From NCBI GenBank assembly GCA_026016225.1, contig CP061210.1:2000-65999 (forward strand): a stretch of DNA of 64,000 nucleotides, given 5' to 3'. This document shows, piece after piece, positions 28,652 to 39,154 of the stretch. The number at the start of each line of letters is the position of its first letter. The stretch's first letter is position 1. A program made the translations under genes and the position numbers. This DNA comes from Candidatus Nealsonbacteria bacterium. GTDB lineage: Bacteria; Patescibacteriota; Minisyncoccia; Minisyncoccales; JANBVM01. The notes below the pieces were generated by a model, which did not search any database, had not been told where the DNA came from, and saw only the letters and a list, made by a program, of their open reading frames with translations.

Positions 28652-29346
28652 AAGGTTTCATCCTGGCAGGCGGAGAAGGAACAAGGCTTTATCCTTTAAC
28701 CTTAGAGATACCAAAACCTTTATTGCCTGTAGGAAAAATACCGGTAATTACCTATCTGGTTGATTTGTATTTAAAATACGGAATTGATGATATAAAAATC
28801 AATGTTCAAAAAAAACATCTTGAAGATTTTTACAAATGGAAAGCTACTTATTTCCCGCGAGAGAAAATTGAATTTATAGTTGAATTAAAACCTTCTGGCA
28901 CCTTTACTCCAATTGCTAAAAAATTAAGCCCTAAGTGGTTCTCAAGAGCAATAGTTGTCTCAAATGGAGACGAATTAAAAGAACTAAACCTTAAAAAAAT
29001 GATAAGTTTTCACAAAAAAAAGAAAGCTTTGGTAACAATTGGTTTGGTTAAAGTAAAGAACCCTGAAGCTTATGGCTCTGTTAGAATGAAAGGAGAAAAA
29101 ATTATAGAATTTGGCGAAAAATCAAAAAAACCTCTCTCTTTTTACATTAATTCCGGTCTTTATATAATGAATCCTAAGATTAAAAAATATTTTCCAAAGA
29201 AAGCAAAATTTGCAATGTTAGAAACAGATCTTTTTCCGAGATTAGCTAAAGAAAAAAAACTCTTTGGATATAAATGGAAAGGGAAATGGATGGACGTGGG
29301 AACCTGGAAGAGATGGGAGGAGGCAATCCGGAATTGGAATTGCTAA
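28648..29346 (+). CDS. sugar-phosphate nucleotidyltransferase (specificity unknown)
   Basis: 232 aa. [28 protein letters not shown]. Confidence 0.8.
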   Translation: [232 protein letters not shown]

Positions 29347-29355
29347 TATAATTCT

Positions 29356-29439
29356 GCCCAGGTGGTGAAACTGGAAAACACGTTAGCTTCAGGTGCTAAT
29401 GCTCGCAAGAGCTTGGGAGTTCAAATCTCCCCCTGGGCA
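29356..29439 (+). tRNA. tRNA-Leu(CAG), long variable arm
   Basis: GCCCAGG TG ... TTAGC TTCAGGT GCTAA, variable arm TGCTCGCAAGAGCT, then TGGGAG TTCAAAT CTCCC CCTGGGC A. Confidence 0.9.
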
Positions 29440-29504
29440 CAAACAAAACAAAACTTAAATCTTTTTTACTTAATAACTTTAATTTAAGCTTTATCTTTTA
29501 AATT

Positions 29505-31193
29505 ATGAAAAAATCAAAAGATGCTAAAAATCTAAAAATTATTCCTTTAGGTGGTCTCGGTGAAGTGGGCCGCAATATGACTTTGTTGGAATATGAGAAA
29601 AAAATTCTCATTATTGATATGGGCTTTCGAATGCCGGAAGAGGATATGCCGGGAATTGATTTTATTATTCCAAACATTGAATATCTTAGAAAAAGAAAGA
29701 AAAATATCTTAGGAATTGTATTTACTCATGGACACTACGACCACATCGGAGCTATTCCTTATTTAATTAAAAAAATTTACACGAAGAATTTAAAACTTTT
29801 TGCCAGCCCATTAACTAAAGGAATAATTCTAAAAAGACAGGAAGACTTTAAAGACCAACCCAAATTAAAAATTGAGGAAGTGAAAAACGGTTCAAGAATA
29901 AGATTGGAACAGTTTAAAATTGAATTTTTTAAACAAAACCATAATATTCCAGATAACTTAGGATTATTTATTGAAACACCTGTTGGGAATATATTACATA
30001 CTTCAGATTTCAAATTTGACCCAAATCCGGTAAACGATTTACCAACTGATTTTAAAAAGTTGAGAGAACTCGGAAGGAGAAAAATTTTACTGATGATTTC
30101 AGATTCTACCGGAGCCGAAGAAGAAGGTCATTCTTTATCAGAAAAAGAAATTTCAAAAAATTTAGAAGAAATATTAAAAACAGCTCCAGGCAGGGTTATT
30201 GCAGCTACCTTTTCTTCTTTGATAAACAGAATCCAACAAATTATTACTATTTCTGAAAAATATAAAAGAAAAGTCTGTATAGAAGGATATTCAATGAAAA
30301 CAAATGTCGAGATTTCAGAAAGGTTAGGATACATTAAAACAAAAAAAGACACTTTTATTACAACAAGAAAAATAAAAAATTATCCAGACCAAAAAATAAC
30401 AATTTTATGTACCGGAGCTCAAGGAGAAAAATCAGCCGCTCTAATGAGAATTATTAATAAAGAACATAAATTTTTGAGAATAAAAAGAAATGATACTATC
30501 ATTTTTTCTTCCTCTGTTATTCCGGGTAATGAAAGAACAGTGCAGTTTATGAAAGATGAAATTTTACGCCAGGGAGCTAAGGTTTATCATTATAAAATGA
30601 TGGATATTCACGCCGGCGGACATGCCAGAAAAGAAGAGTTGAAAGAAATGTTAGAGATTATGAAACCAAAATTTTTCCTGCCAAATCACGGACAACATTC
30701 CATGTTATTTGCTCATGCTGAGTTGGCAAAGAAAATAGGTATTCCAGAAAAAAACATAATTGTTGCTGAAAACGGACAGATTATTAACCTGAGCCGAAAA
30801 AGAATCTTTATTGAAAAAGAAAAAGCGCCTTCAAATTATATAATGGTTGATGGATTGGGTATCGGCGATGTAGGTGAAATTGTTTTAAGAGACAGACAGA
30901 TGTTGGCAGAAGATGGAATGTTTGTTATTATTGCTATCATTGATAAACAAACTGGAAAAGTTCGGGGTTCTCCTGATATAATATCAAGGGGATTCGTTTA
31001 TTTAAGAGAATCAAAGGGATTACTTAGAGATACAAGAAAAAAGATTATTGCTATTGTCAATAAAACCGCAGGAAGAGGTGGAGCCGTTAATTGGACTTAT
31101 GTTAAAAATGAAATCAGAAATAAAATAGGTCAGTTTCTTTTCTCTAAAACCCAAAGACGTCCTATGATTCTCCCTGTTCTCATAGAAGTGTAA
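29505..31193 (+). CDS. rnj: ribonuclease J (beta-CASP metallo-beta-lactamase)
   Basis: 562 aa. FTHGHYDHIG and the beta-CASP region with C-terminal domain. Confidence 0.9.
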   Translation: MKKSKDAKNLKIIPLGGLGEVGRNMTLLEYEKKILIIDMGFRMPEEDMPGIDFIIPNIEYLRKRKKNILGIVFTHGHYDHIGAIPYLIKKIYTKNLKLFASPLTKGIILKRQEDFKDQPKLKIEEVKNGSRIRLEQFKIEFFKQNHNIPDNLGLFIETPVGNILHTSDFKFDPNPVNDLPTDFKKLRELGRRKILLMISDSTGAEEEGHSLSEKEISKNLEEILKTAPGRVIAATFSSLINRIQQIITISEKYKRKVCIEGYSMKTNVEISERLGYIKTKKDTFITTRKIKNYPDQKITILCTGAQGEKSAALMRIINKEHKFLRIKRNDTIIFSSSVIPGNERTVQFMKDEILRQGAKVYHYKMMDIHAGGHARKEELKEMLEIMKPKFFLPNHGQHSMLFAHAELAKKIGIPEKNIIVAENGQIINLSRKRIFIEKEKAPSNYIMVDGLGIGDVGEIVLRDRQMLAEDGMFVIIAIIDKQTGKVRGSPDIISRGFVYLRESKGLLRDTRKKIIAIVNKTAGRGGAVNWTYVKNEIRNKIGQFLFSKTQRRPMILPVLIEV

Positions 31194-31205
31194 AACAACA
31201 ACACT

Positions 31206-32183
31206 ATGCGTATTTTTAGCGGTATCCGGCCAACCGGAAATCTCCATATTGGAAACTACTCAGGAGCAATCAAACAGTGGATTGAACTTCAAGAAAAAAA
31301 TGAATGCATTTTTTGTGTTGTTGATTTACATGCTATTACCACTCCATACAAAGAAGAAGAATTGCAAAAAAACATTTTGGAAACAGCAGTCACTTATTTA
31401 GCAGCTGGTTTGAATCCTGAAAAATCTATCATTTTTGTTCAATCTCAAGTAAAAGAACATGCTGAATTAGCTTGGCTCTTAAGTACTATCACTCCTGTGG
31501 GAGAATTGCAAAGAATGACTCAGTTTAAAGAAAAAAGCAAGAGGCATTCAAAACATGTTAATGCCGGTCTTTTGAATTATCCGATTTTAATGGCAGCTGA
31601 CATCTTACTCTATAAAACAGAGGCAGTACCCGTTGGTAAGGATCAGAAACAACATGTTGAATTAGCCAAGACCATTGCCAAAAAATTTAACCAGAGATTC
31701 GGCAAAAGTTTCAAAGTTCCAAAAACCCTTTTGTCTAAGACAGGTTCTAAGATTATGTCTTTGGAAAACCCAAAGAAAAAAATGTCAAAAACTGACAATC
31801 CTAAAGGTTGTATTGATTTATTCGAGGAACCCAAAGAAATTCGAAAAAAAATAATGTCTGCTGTTACAGACCCGGGAAGAAAAATTACTTATGATCTAAA
31901 GAAAAAACCAGGAATATCCAATCTCTTAACTATCTATTCTTTATTTTCTGGAAAATCAATCAAAGAACTGGAAAAGAAATTTAAAGGTAAGGGTTATGCA
32001 GAATTTAAAAAATCCCTCGCAAGATTATTAATTAATTCTTTAGAACCCTTTAGACAGAAAAGAAAAGAACTTCTCGCCAGAGAAGTTTATATTAGAGAAA
32101 TTTTAAAGCAAGGGCAAAAAAAAGCAGAAGTTATTGCTCAATTTACAATGCAAGAAGTCAAGCAAAAAATGGGTTTAATCTAA
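31206..32183 (+). CDS. trpS: tryptophan--tRNA ligase
   Basis: 325 aa. SGIRPTGNLHIGNY (HIGH-type) and KMSKT motifs. Confidence 0.95.
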   Translation: MRIFSGIRPTGNLHIGNYSGAIKQWIELQEKNECIFCVVDLHAITTPYKEEELQKNILETAVTYLAAGLNPEKSIIFVQSQVKEHAELAWLLSTITPVGELQRMTQFKEKSKRHSKHVNAGLLNYPILMAADILLYKTEAVPVGKDQKQHVELAKTIAKKFNQRFGKSFKVPKTLLSKTGSKIMSLENPKKKMSKTDNPKGCIDLFEEPKEIRKKIMSAVTDPGRKITYDLKKKPGISNLLTIYSLFSGKSIKELEKKFKGKGYAEFKKSLARLLINSLEPFRQKRKELLAREVYIREILKQGQKKAEVIAQFTMQEVKQKMGLI

Positions 32184-32213
32184 TAGTTGAAGGAGCTTTA
32201 GAGTTGAAGGAGC

Positions 32214-33644
32214 TTAGCTCCTTTTTTTTATAAGAGAAATAAGTTCTTTTTTCTTTTTCTCTAATATTTTTTTTGTCTTAGCTTCAGCCACCAGTCTCAA
32301 AACAGGCTCTGTATTAGAGGGACGGAAATTAAACCACCAATTTGGAAAATTAATTTTTAAACCATCAATTTTTAATATCTCTCCTTTTTTTCCAAACTTT
32401 TTTTCTAAGATTTTTAAAATCTTTTTTTTATCTTTGACTTTAAAGTTTATTTCCCCTGAATGATAATATTTCTTGAAAGGTTTAATCAGTTGAGAAAGAG
32501 TCTTTTTAGTCTCAGACATTTCTTTTAAAATAGAAAACAAAATTAAGAAAGGACACTCACAAAAATAATGCTTTCTTGAATAATAATGACCTGAGAATTC
32601 TCCGGCAAAGAAAACATTTTCTTTTCTCATCCTTTCTTTTATGAAAGAATGTCCTATTCTGTTTTCTAAAGGAAGACCTTTGTTCTTCTCTATTGTTTCC
32701 CTAACAATATTGCTTGAACGAACATCGTATATAACTTTTTTTCCTGAGCTTCCTTTTAGAATTATATTAACTATTAAAGCAGTAACAATATCTCCCGGGA
32801 CAATCTCTCCCCTCTCGGTGATAAAAACAATCCTATCTCCATCTCCGTCGAAAGCTATTCCTAAATCGCTTTTTCTTTTTAAAACCTCTTTTTTTAAAAA
32901 TCTCAAATTTTCTTTTTTTAATGGGTCAGGATTATGATTAGGGAAAGAACCGTCAAGTTCTTGAAAAAGATGATAGATTTTAAGAGGAGATTTTTTAAAA
33001 ACACTTGGAATTACTATACCTGAAACGCTGTTGGCAGTATCTACAACTATTTTAAAAGGATAAATCTTATTAATATAAAATTCTCTAAGATTAAATTTCA
33101 CATAATCTTGAAGAACTTTCTTTTTTATTATTCTGCCTTTTTTTTTAACTGTAGTTTTTTTAGCTAAGGTTCTTGTCTCACACAAGGTTCTTAATTTCGG
33201 AGAAATCAAGGTTCTTGTGGCACACAAGGTTCTTATTCTTTTTAAACCTGTTTTTCCACTAATAGGAATTGCTTTTTCTCTAACCAATTTAAAACCATTG
33301 TACTCTGGAGGATTATGGGAGCTTGTAATTACTATTCCTCCATCAAATCTATAAAAAGCTACAGCAAAATAAAACATAGGGGTAGTAGAAAGCCCTATGT
33401 CAATAACATCAGCTCCGGCATTAGTAATTCCTTTGCTTAAGCTTTTAAATAAGGTAGGAGAGGAAAGACGATTATCTTGACCTACCACAATTTTAAGTCT
33501 TGTCTTCCTTTTAATTTTAGATTTTTTTTGTCTCAAAAATTTAACTAGGGCTTGCCCAATTTTAAAGGCAAAGTCCTCATTAAAATCATCAAGATAAATT
33601 CCCCGAATATCATATGCTCTAAAGATGTCAGGGTTGATTTTCAT
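32214..33644 (-). CDS. phosphomannomutase/phosphoglucomutase, carrying an in-frame repeat-element insertion
   Basis: 476 aa. Active-site TSSHNPPEYNGFK and FDGDGDR metal loop. The odd insert IRTLCATRTLISPKLRTLCETRTLAKK is encoded by 33166-33236. Confidence 0.9.
   Translation of the reverse strand: MKINPDIFRAYDIRGIYLDDFNEDFAFKIGQALVKFLRQKKSKIKRKTRLKIVVGQDNRLSSPTLFKSLSKGITNAGADVIDIGLSTTPMFYFAVAFYRFDGGIVITSSHNPPEYNGFKLVREKAIPISGKTGLKRIRTLCATRTLISPKLRTLCETRTLAKKTTVKKKGRIIKKKVLQDYVKFNLREFYINKIYPFKIVVDTANSVSGIVIPSVFKKSPLKIYHLFQELDGSFPNHNPDPLKKENLRFLKKEVLKRKSDLGIAFDGDGDRIVFITERGEIVPGDIVTALIVNIILKGSSGKKVIYDVRSSNIVRETIEKNKGLPLENRIGHSFIKERMRKENVFFAGEFSGHYYSRKHYFCECPFLILFSILKEMSETKKTLSQLIKPFKKYYHSGEINFKVKDKKKILKILEKKFGKKGEILKIDGLKINFPNWWFNFRPSNTEPVLRLVAEAKTKKILEKKKKELISLIKKRS
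33166..33236 (-). repeat. GAACC-punctuated hairpin element inside the PMM/PGM CDS
   Basis: Minus sense AAGAACCTTGTGTGCCACAAGAACCTTGATTTCTCCGAAATTAAGAACCTTGTGTGAGACAAGAACCTT. Same module order as the intergenic array at 34684-34815. Confidence 0.75.
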
Positions 33645-33668
33645 ATGGTTTTATTATATCATAACCTT

Positions 33669-34685
33669 ATGAGTTTTTCAGTAGGTATTGTCGGTTTACC
33701 AAATGTTGGTAAATCCACATTATTTAAAGCTTTAACTAAAAAGAAAGTTAATATTGCTCCCCGTCCTTTCACAACTATAAAACCCAATTTAGGAATAGTT
33801 TCTGTTCCGGACGAAAGATTAGATAAATTAGCTGAAATTATTAAACCTGAAAAGGTAACTCCGACTGTTATTGAATTCATTGACATTGCAGGATTAGTTA
33901 AAGGAGCTCATAAAGGAGAGGGTCTTGGAAATCAGTTCTTAGCTCAAATCAGAAATTGTGACGCTATTTTAGAAGTAATAAGGGCTTTTGAAAATCAAGA
34001 GGTAGAAAATGTTTTAAGAGAAATTAACCCAGAAAAAGAAATAGAAGTGATAAAGATTGAACTTTTAATGAAAGACCTTGAAACCTTAGAAAAAATAATC
34101 TCAAAATTAGAAAAAAAAACTTTAGAAAAAGTTAAAGTCTTTCAAAAAATTAAAGAAGGAGTTTCTCGTGGAGAATTAATCTCAGAAATAAATTTAACCG
34201 ATAAAGAAAATTTAAAAATTAAAGAATATCAGTTTCTAACAACAAAACCAACTTTATTTGTATTAAATACTAACACTAAAAAAAGGTCATTACAGATGAA
34301 ATCTAAATACTTGCAAATAAACTTAAAAGATGAGGAAGAAATATCAGAACTTTCAGAATCAGACAAAAAAGAGCTCGGTTTAGAACTCCATCTTGATGGT
34401 TTAGTTAGAGCTTGCTATGATATTTTAGACTTAATTACTTTTTTCACGGTCTCGGGTGGAAAAGAAACAAGAGCCTGGACAATAACTAAGGGTTCTGACG
34501 CTTTAGAGGCTGGAAAAACTGTTCATTCTGACTTCAAAGAAAAATTCATAAAAGCTGAAGTTGTTAATTGGAAAGAATTAGTTTTAAGTGGCTCTTGGTC
34601 GAAAGCCAGAGAAAAAGGATTAATAGCAATTGTTGGCAAAGATTATCTCATTCAAGATGGTGACGTTGTTGAATTTAAGATTTAA
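33669..34685 (+). CDS. ychF: ribosome-binding ATPase YchF
   Basis: Start moved to MSFSVGIVGLPNVGKSTLF. The track start at 33552 overlaps the convergent PMM/PGM gene. Has a C-terminal TGS-like LIQDGDVVEFK. Confidence 0.9.
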   Translation: MSFSVGIVGLPNVGKSTLFKALTKKKVNIAPRPFTTIKPNLGIVSVPDERLDKLAEIIKPEKVTPTVIEFIDIAGLVKGAHKGEGLGNQFLAQIRNCDAILEVIRAFENQEVENVLREINPEKEIEVIKIELLMKDLETLEKIISKLEKKTLEKVKVFQKIKEGVSRGELISEINLTDKENLKIKEYQFLTTKPTLFVLNTNTKKRSLQMKSKYLQINLKDEEEISELSESDKKELGLELHLDGLVRACYDILDLITFFTVSGGKETRAWTITKGSDALEAGKTVHSDFKEKFIKAEVVNWKELVLSGSWSKAREKGLIAIVGKDYLIQDGDVVEFKI

Positions 34686-34815
34686 GAACCTTCTGCGAAG
34701 CAGAAGAACCTTGATTCTTCGAATTAAGAACCATTCGCTTCGCTCAGAACCTTGATTCTGCGAATTAAGAACCTTCTGCGAAGCAGAAGAACCTTGATTC
34801 TTCGAATTAATAACC
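34684..34815 (+). repeat. GAACC-punctuated hairpin array (43-nt perfect direct repeat, period 83 nt)
   Basis: 34684-34726 equals 34767-34809. Modules are CTTCTGC-GAA-GCAGAAG, CTTGATT-CTTCG-AATTAAG and ATTCGCTTCGCTCAG, separated by (A)GAACC. Fills the whole ychF-rpsF spacer. Confidence 0.85.
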
Positions 34816-34816
34816 T

Positions 34817-35218
34817 ATGAAAATATACGAATTTACATATTTAATACACCCTGATATTTCTAATGAAGATATAAACTCTTTGCAGAATAAGATAGAGTCA
34901 TTTATTAAAGAAGAAAAAGGTTCTATTATCAAAACCAATCCGCCGGTTAAAAAGAGATTGGCTTATTCAATTAAGAAAAATAGAGAGGCTTTTTTAACTG
35001 ACTTAACTTTTAGTTTAGAACCTGAAAAATTAAATAATCTGAATAAAAAAATAAAATCAGAGAAGAAAATCCTTCGCTATCTAATCTTCAAAAAGAAAAT
35101 ATTAAAAAAGAAATTACTGGTTCCTTATAAACGAAAAGTTAAACCAAAAGTTAAACCAAAAGTAAAGGTCGAATTAAAAGAAATCGAAAAGAAACTTGAA
35201 GAAATTCTTGGCGAATAG
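34817..35218 (+). CDS. rpsF: 30S ribosomal protein S6 with Lys-rich C-terminal tail
   Basis: 133 aa. YEFTYLIHPD...KRLAYSIKK; in the rpsF-ssb-rpsR gene order. Confidence 0.85.
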   Translation: MKIYEFTYLIHPDISNEDINSLQNKIESFIKEEKGSIIKTNPPVKKRLAYSIKKNREAFLTDLTFSLEPEKLNNLNKKIKSEKKILRYLIFKKKILKKKLLVPYKRKVKPKVKPKVKVELKEIEKKLEEILGE

Positions 35219-35244
35219 CCACAAATATTAGCGATTTTAAAATA

Positions 35245-35679
35245 ATGAATTTAAACAAAGTATTTTTAATTGGCCGTTTAACCCGCGACCCCGAAATGAA
35301 AGTACTCCCTTCTGGTCAGTCAGTTACAAACTTCGGATTAGCTACTGATAGTTTTTTTACTGACAAATCTGGTCAAAAACAACAACAAGTTGAATTTCAT
35401 AACATGGTTTTGTTTGGAAGATTAGCTGAGATTGCCTCACAATATTTAAAAAAAGGTTCTTTGGCTTTTTTTGAAGGAAGAATTAGAACTAGAAGCTGGG
35501 AAGATTCTTCGGGAAATAAAAGATATAGAACCGAGATTATAGCCCAAAGACTCCAATTAGGACCTAAATCCGCGGGGAAAATAATACCTCCTGAACCTAA
35601 AAAGGAAACATTAAAAGAAGAAATTCCAATAATTGAGGAGGGAGAGGGGGAAATAAATGTTGAAAATATACCATTTTAA
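35245..35679 (+). CDS. ssb: single-stranded DNA-binding protein
   Basis: 144 aa. MNLNKVFLIGRLTRDPE OB fold and acidic tail ending NIPF. Confidence 0.95.
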   Translation: MNLNKVFLIGRLTRDPEMKVLPSGQSVTNFGLATDSFFTDKSGQKQQQVEFHNMVLFGRLAEIASQYLKKGSLAFFEGRIRTRSWEDSSGNKRYRTEIIAQRLQLGPKSAGKIIPPEPKKETLKEEIPIIEEGEGEINVENIPF

Positions 35680-35686
35680 GTAATGT

Positions 35687-35884
35687 ATGGCTTGTTATTT
35701 GTGTCAAAGAAATATCCAGGAGATTGACTTTAAAAATGTCAAATTTCTAATGAAATTTATTTCTGGATTAAAAAAAATCAGACCGAAAAAAAGAACTGGA
35801 GTTTGCTCCAGTCATCAAAGAAAATTAGCAAAAGCTATTAAGAGAGCTCGTTATCTGGGATTACTTCCCTATACAGCAAAATAA
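35687..35884 (+). CDS. rpsR: 30S ribosomal protein S18
   Basis: 65 aa. IDFKNVKFLMKFIS...IKRARYLGLLPY. Confidence 0.85.
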   Translation: MACYLCQRNIQEIDFKNVKFLMKFISGLKKIRPKKRTGVCSSHQRKLAKAIKRARYLGLLPYTAK

Positions 35885-35927
35885 TACGGAATTTCCATAC
35901 TAATTTCCATTTTCTAACAACTATTTT

Positions 35928-36935
35928 TTAGGCTTGCTCTGTTATAGCTTTTTTTAATTTAGCTAATACCTCTTTGTTTTCTTTCAAAAATTTCCTGCTG
36001 GCTTCCATTCCTTGTCCTAATTTCACGTTTTCATACTGATACCAGCTACCTGCTCTTTTAACTACTTCTTTTTTTAGAGCTGTATTTAAAACATCTCCAA
36101 TATAAGAAATACCTTCATTATAGTAAATATCAAATTCAGCTGTTTTAAAAGGAGGCGCAACCTTATTTTTAACAATCTTAGCTTTTATCCTACTACCGAT
36201 AATTTCATCGCCATGTTTTATCTGGGCAATCCTTCTCAGATTAATTCTTACTGAAGCATAAAATTTTAAAGCTAAACCCCCGGGCGTTGTTTCCGGATTA
36301 CCAAACCGCTGACCGATTTTCATTCTTGTCTGGTTAATAAAAATAACCGCTGTTCTTGTTTTAGAGATAATCCCAGAAAGCTTGCGACACGCTTGACTCA
36401 TTAAACGCGCCTGAAGTCCAATCTGGAACTCTCCCATTTCACCCGCAATCTCAGCTTTGGGAACTAAAGCAGCTACTGAATCAATAACAATTACGTCAAC
36501 CTCACCTGATTTAACTAAGGTTTCAACGATTTGAAGAGCTTGTTCGCCTGAATCGGGTTGAGAAATCAATAAATCATCAACGTTCACTCCGATTCTCCTG
36601 GCATAATCAACATCTAAAGCATGCTCAGCATCAATAAAGGCTCCAACTCCTCCTCTTTTTTGAGCTTCAGTTAAAATATGTAATGCTAAAGTACTTTTAC
36701 CACTCATTTCAGGTCCGTAAATCTCAATTACTCTACCCTTGGGTACTCCACCTACTCCCAAAGCTAAATCTAAAGAAATAGAACCTGTTGGAATAATTTC
36801 AACGGTGGATAATTTAGCATCTTTCAATCTCATAATTGAGCCCTCTCCAAACCTTTGCTGAATCTCATCTAATGCTTCTTTTAACTGTTTCTTTTCTCCG
36901 CCGGCTGGCGGATTTCTCTTTTTTTGTTTTACCAT
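35928..36935 (-). CDS. recA: recombinase RecA
   Basis: 335 aa. Walker [10 protein letters not shown] plus canonical L1/L2 regions. Confidence 0.97.
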   Translation of the reverse strand: MVKQKKRNPPAGGEKKQLKEALDEIQQRFGEGSIMRLKDAKLSTVEIIPTGSISLDLALGVGGVPKGRVIEIYGPEMSGKSTLALHILTEAQKRGGVGAFIDAEHALDVDYARRIGVNVDDLLISQPDSGEQALQIVETLVKSGEVDVIVIDSVAALVPKAEIAGEMGEFQIGLQARLMSQACRKLSGIISKTRTAVIFINQTRMKIGQRFGNPETTPGGLALKFYASVRINLRRIAQIKHGDEIIGSRIKAKIVKNKVAPPFKTAEFDIYYNEGISYIGDVLNTALKKEVVKRAGSWYQYENVKLGQGMEASRKFLKENKEVLAKLKKAITEQA

Positions 36936-36966
36936 AGTGTCTAGAACTTATATGTTTTTTTAATAT

Positions 36967-39129
36967 TTACACCGACTGCCAACCATCATCATCGTATTTT
37001 TCATTCTGGCTAACTCCTTCAATATGGCTTTCATCAGCATCAGAGAGGTAAACCTCTCTTGGTTTTGCACCTCGACCAGGTCCTACTACTCTTCTCTCTT
37101 CAAGCATGTCTATTAATCTGGCAGCCCTGGCATAACCTATTCTTAATTTTCTTTGCAAAAAAGAAGCTGAAGCCCTCCTGTTTTGGATTATAACTCTTTT
37201 TGCCTCCTCGTATAAAGAATCTTCTTGAGAAAAAAAACTCCCCAAATCTCCACCCGATGCTCCTAAATTTCTTTCCAAAGCTTCAAACAATTTTTCTTTT
37301 AAGTTTTCTCTTTCGAATTTTGGCTGAGTTTTTGACTTTATCCAATTTACCACCCTTTTGACTTCTTTCTCAGAAACATAAGCAGCTTGTATTCTTTTTG
37401 GCTTAACGATTTCGCTTGAAATAAAAAGCATATCTCCTGCGCCTAAAAGCTTCTCTGCACCAGCCATATCTAAAACCGTTCTGGAATCAACCTGAGAAGC
37501 TACCTGAAAAGTAATTCTTGAACTAATGTTAGCTTTAATAAGTCCCGTAATTATTTCAACCGACGGTCTTTGGGTAGCCACAACTATATGAACTCCAACT
37601 GCCCGAGCCATCTGGGCTAATCTTACAATTGAGGCTTCCACATCTCTACCTTTAGCAACCATTAAATCAGCTAATTCATCAATGACCAAAACAATGTAGG
37701 ATAAATGTTCATCTCCGGTATTGAAAGCTTTCTCATTATAACTGAAAATATTTCTTGCTTTTAATTTAGCTAATAGTTTAAATCTCCTCTCCATCTCTTC
37801 AATTAACCACTTTAAAGCATTAACTGCCCTTGAAGCGTCTACGATGGCCGGACATAAAAGATGAGGAAGTCCTCCATAAACCGTAAATTCAACTCTTTTT
37901 GGGTCAATTAAGATAAATTTTAAATTGTCAGAAGAATTTTTATAAATAAGAGAGAGAATTAAAGTGTTTAAAAAAATTGTCTTACCTGTGCCGGTGGAAC
38001 CCGCTACTAATAAATGGGGCATCTTTCCAAGGTCGGCATAAACAGGATTGCCTGAAACATCTTTGCCTAAACAAAAGGTTAACTGAGAAGAATATTCTTG
38101 AAATTTTGAATTTTGGATTAACCCTTTTAATCGAACAAAAGCTCTTACTTTATTTGGAACCTCAATTCCAACCAAGCTTTTACCCGGTATAGGGGCCTCA
38201 ATTCTAATTGGGTGAGTAGCTAAAGCTAAAGCCAAATCGTTAGATAAAGAGGTTATTCTTGATAATTTTATTCCGTTAGCAGGTTTTAAAGAATATTGAG
38301 TAACCGTAGGTCCTACATTCACTTCTGACATTTCTACGGGAATTTCAAAGCTTTCTAACGCTTTTTTAATAATTATTGAGTTTGTCTTGATGTCGCCGGC
38401 AGAAGGTTGACCTTTTGTCGAATCTAATAACTCTATTGGTGGTGTTTTATATTCTTTTTCTCTCTCCGGGTATTCAATCGCTTTTGTTTTTAATTTCAAA
38501 AAGGGTTCTTTAATAACTCTTTCTTCTTTTTTAAAGGCAGAAGCAGGTTCTACGTTTTTTACCTTAAAAGAAGGAGTAAAAATTCTTTTAATTAAAGATG
38601 GTTTTTTCTCCTCTTTTATTTCAGATTCTTCAGAAACCGGCTGTTTTAATAAACGCCAAAAAATCAATCCTCCAATTACTATTACCAAAGAGGCTATAAT
38701 CTGGGTAACCCAAAAACCAAAAAGTCTTGAAAGGACTAAGGTTAAAATATAGCCTAATAACCCTCCCTGTCTAAGTCCCGGCTCCAAACTCTCTAAGATT
38801 CCACAAATTCCAAATACAGAAATAATAATTGCTAAAAGTAAAGGCTGAAAGAGCTTTTTGTAATTAGCCCTAAAAAATGCCAATCCAGAAATAGTTAAAA
38901 TTAAAGGTAACAAAAAAATAGCTTTCCCTGCCAAGAAAGAAAAAGCTTTAAAAAGAGCATTTCCTGCCACTCCTGCTTTTTCAAAAAAACTTAAAGCAAA
39001 AATTATTGCCAAAAGAAAAGAGGTTATTCCAAAAATATATCTTTTTGTTTCTTCTTTCGAAAAAAAGCTGCTAATTTTTGTCGAATTTGAATTCTTACTT
39101 TTCTTTCTTTTTTTCTTATTCCTGCTCAT
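36967..39129 (-). CDS. ftsK: DNA translocase FtsK/SpoIIIE
   Basis: 720 aa. N-terminal TM domain, motor GSTGTGKT and a C-terminal gamma winged helix (ASASFLQRKLRIGYARAARLIDMLE). Confidence 0.95.
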   Translation of the reverse strand: MSRNKKKRKKSKNSNSTKISSFFSKEETKRYIFGITSFLLAIIFALSFFEKAGVAGNALFKAFSFLAGKAIFLLPLILTISGLAFFRANYKKLFQPLLLAIIISVFGICGILESLEPGLRQGGLLGYILTLVLSRLFGFWVTQIIASLVIVIGGLIFWRLLKQPVSEESEIKEEKKPSLIKRIFTPSFKVKNVEPASAFKKEERVIKEPFLKLKTKAIEYPEREKEYKTPPIELLDSTKGQPSAGDIKTNSIIIKKALESFEIPVEMSEVNVGPTVTQYSLKPANGIKLSRITSLSNDLALALATHPIRIEAPIPGKSLVGIEVPNKVRAFVRLKGLIQNSKFQEYSSQLTFCLGKDVSGNPVYADLGKMPHLLVAGSTGTGKTIFLNTLILSLIYKNSSDNLKFILIDPKRVEFTVYGGLPHLLCPAIVDASRAVNALKWLIEEMERRFKLLAKLKARNIFSYNEKAFNTGDEHLSYIVLVIDELADLMVAKGRDVEASIVRLAQMARAVGVHIVVATQRPSVEIITGLIKANISSRITFQVASQVDSRTVLDMAGAEKLLGAGDMLFISSEIVKPKRIQAAYVSEKEVKRVVNWIKSKTQPKFERENLKEKLFEALERNLGASGGDLGSFFSQEDSLYEEAKRVIIQNRRASASFLQRKLRIGYARAARLIDMLEERRVVGPGRGAKPREVYLSDADESHIEGVSQNEKYDDDGWQSV

Positions 39130-39154
39130 ACTTAAAGTAAGGCTTAATGTTTAA

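Noticed and set aside
33552-33668. N-terminal 39 codons of the track ORF for YchF
   Set aside because: This stretch overlaps the convergent PMM/PGM gene and precedes the conserved MSFSVGIVGLPNVGKS start. It was trimmed to 33669.
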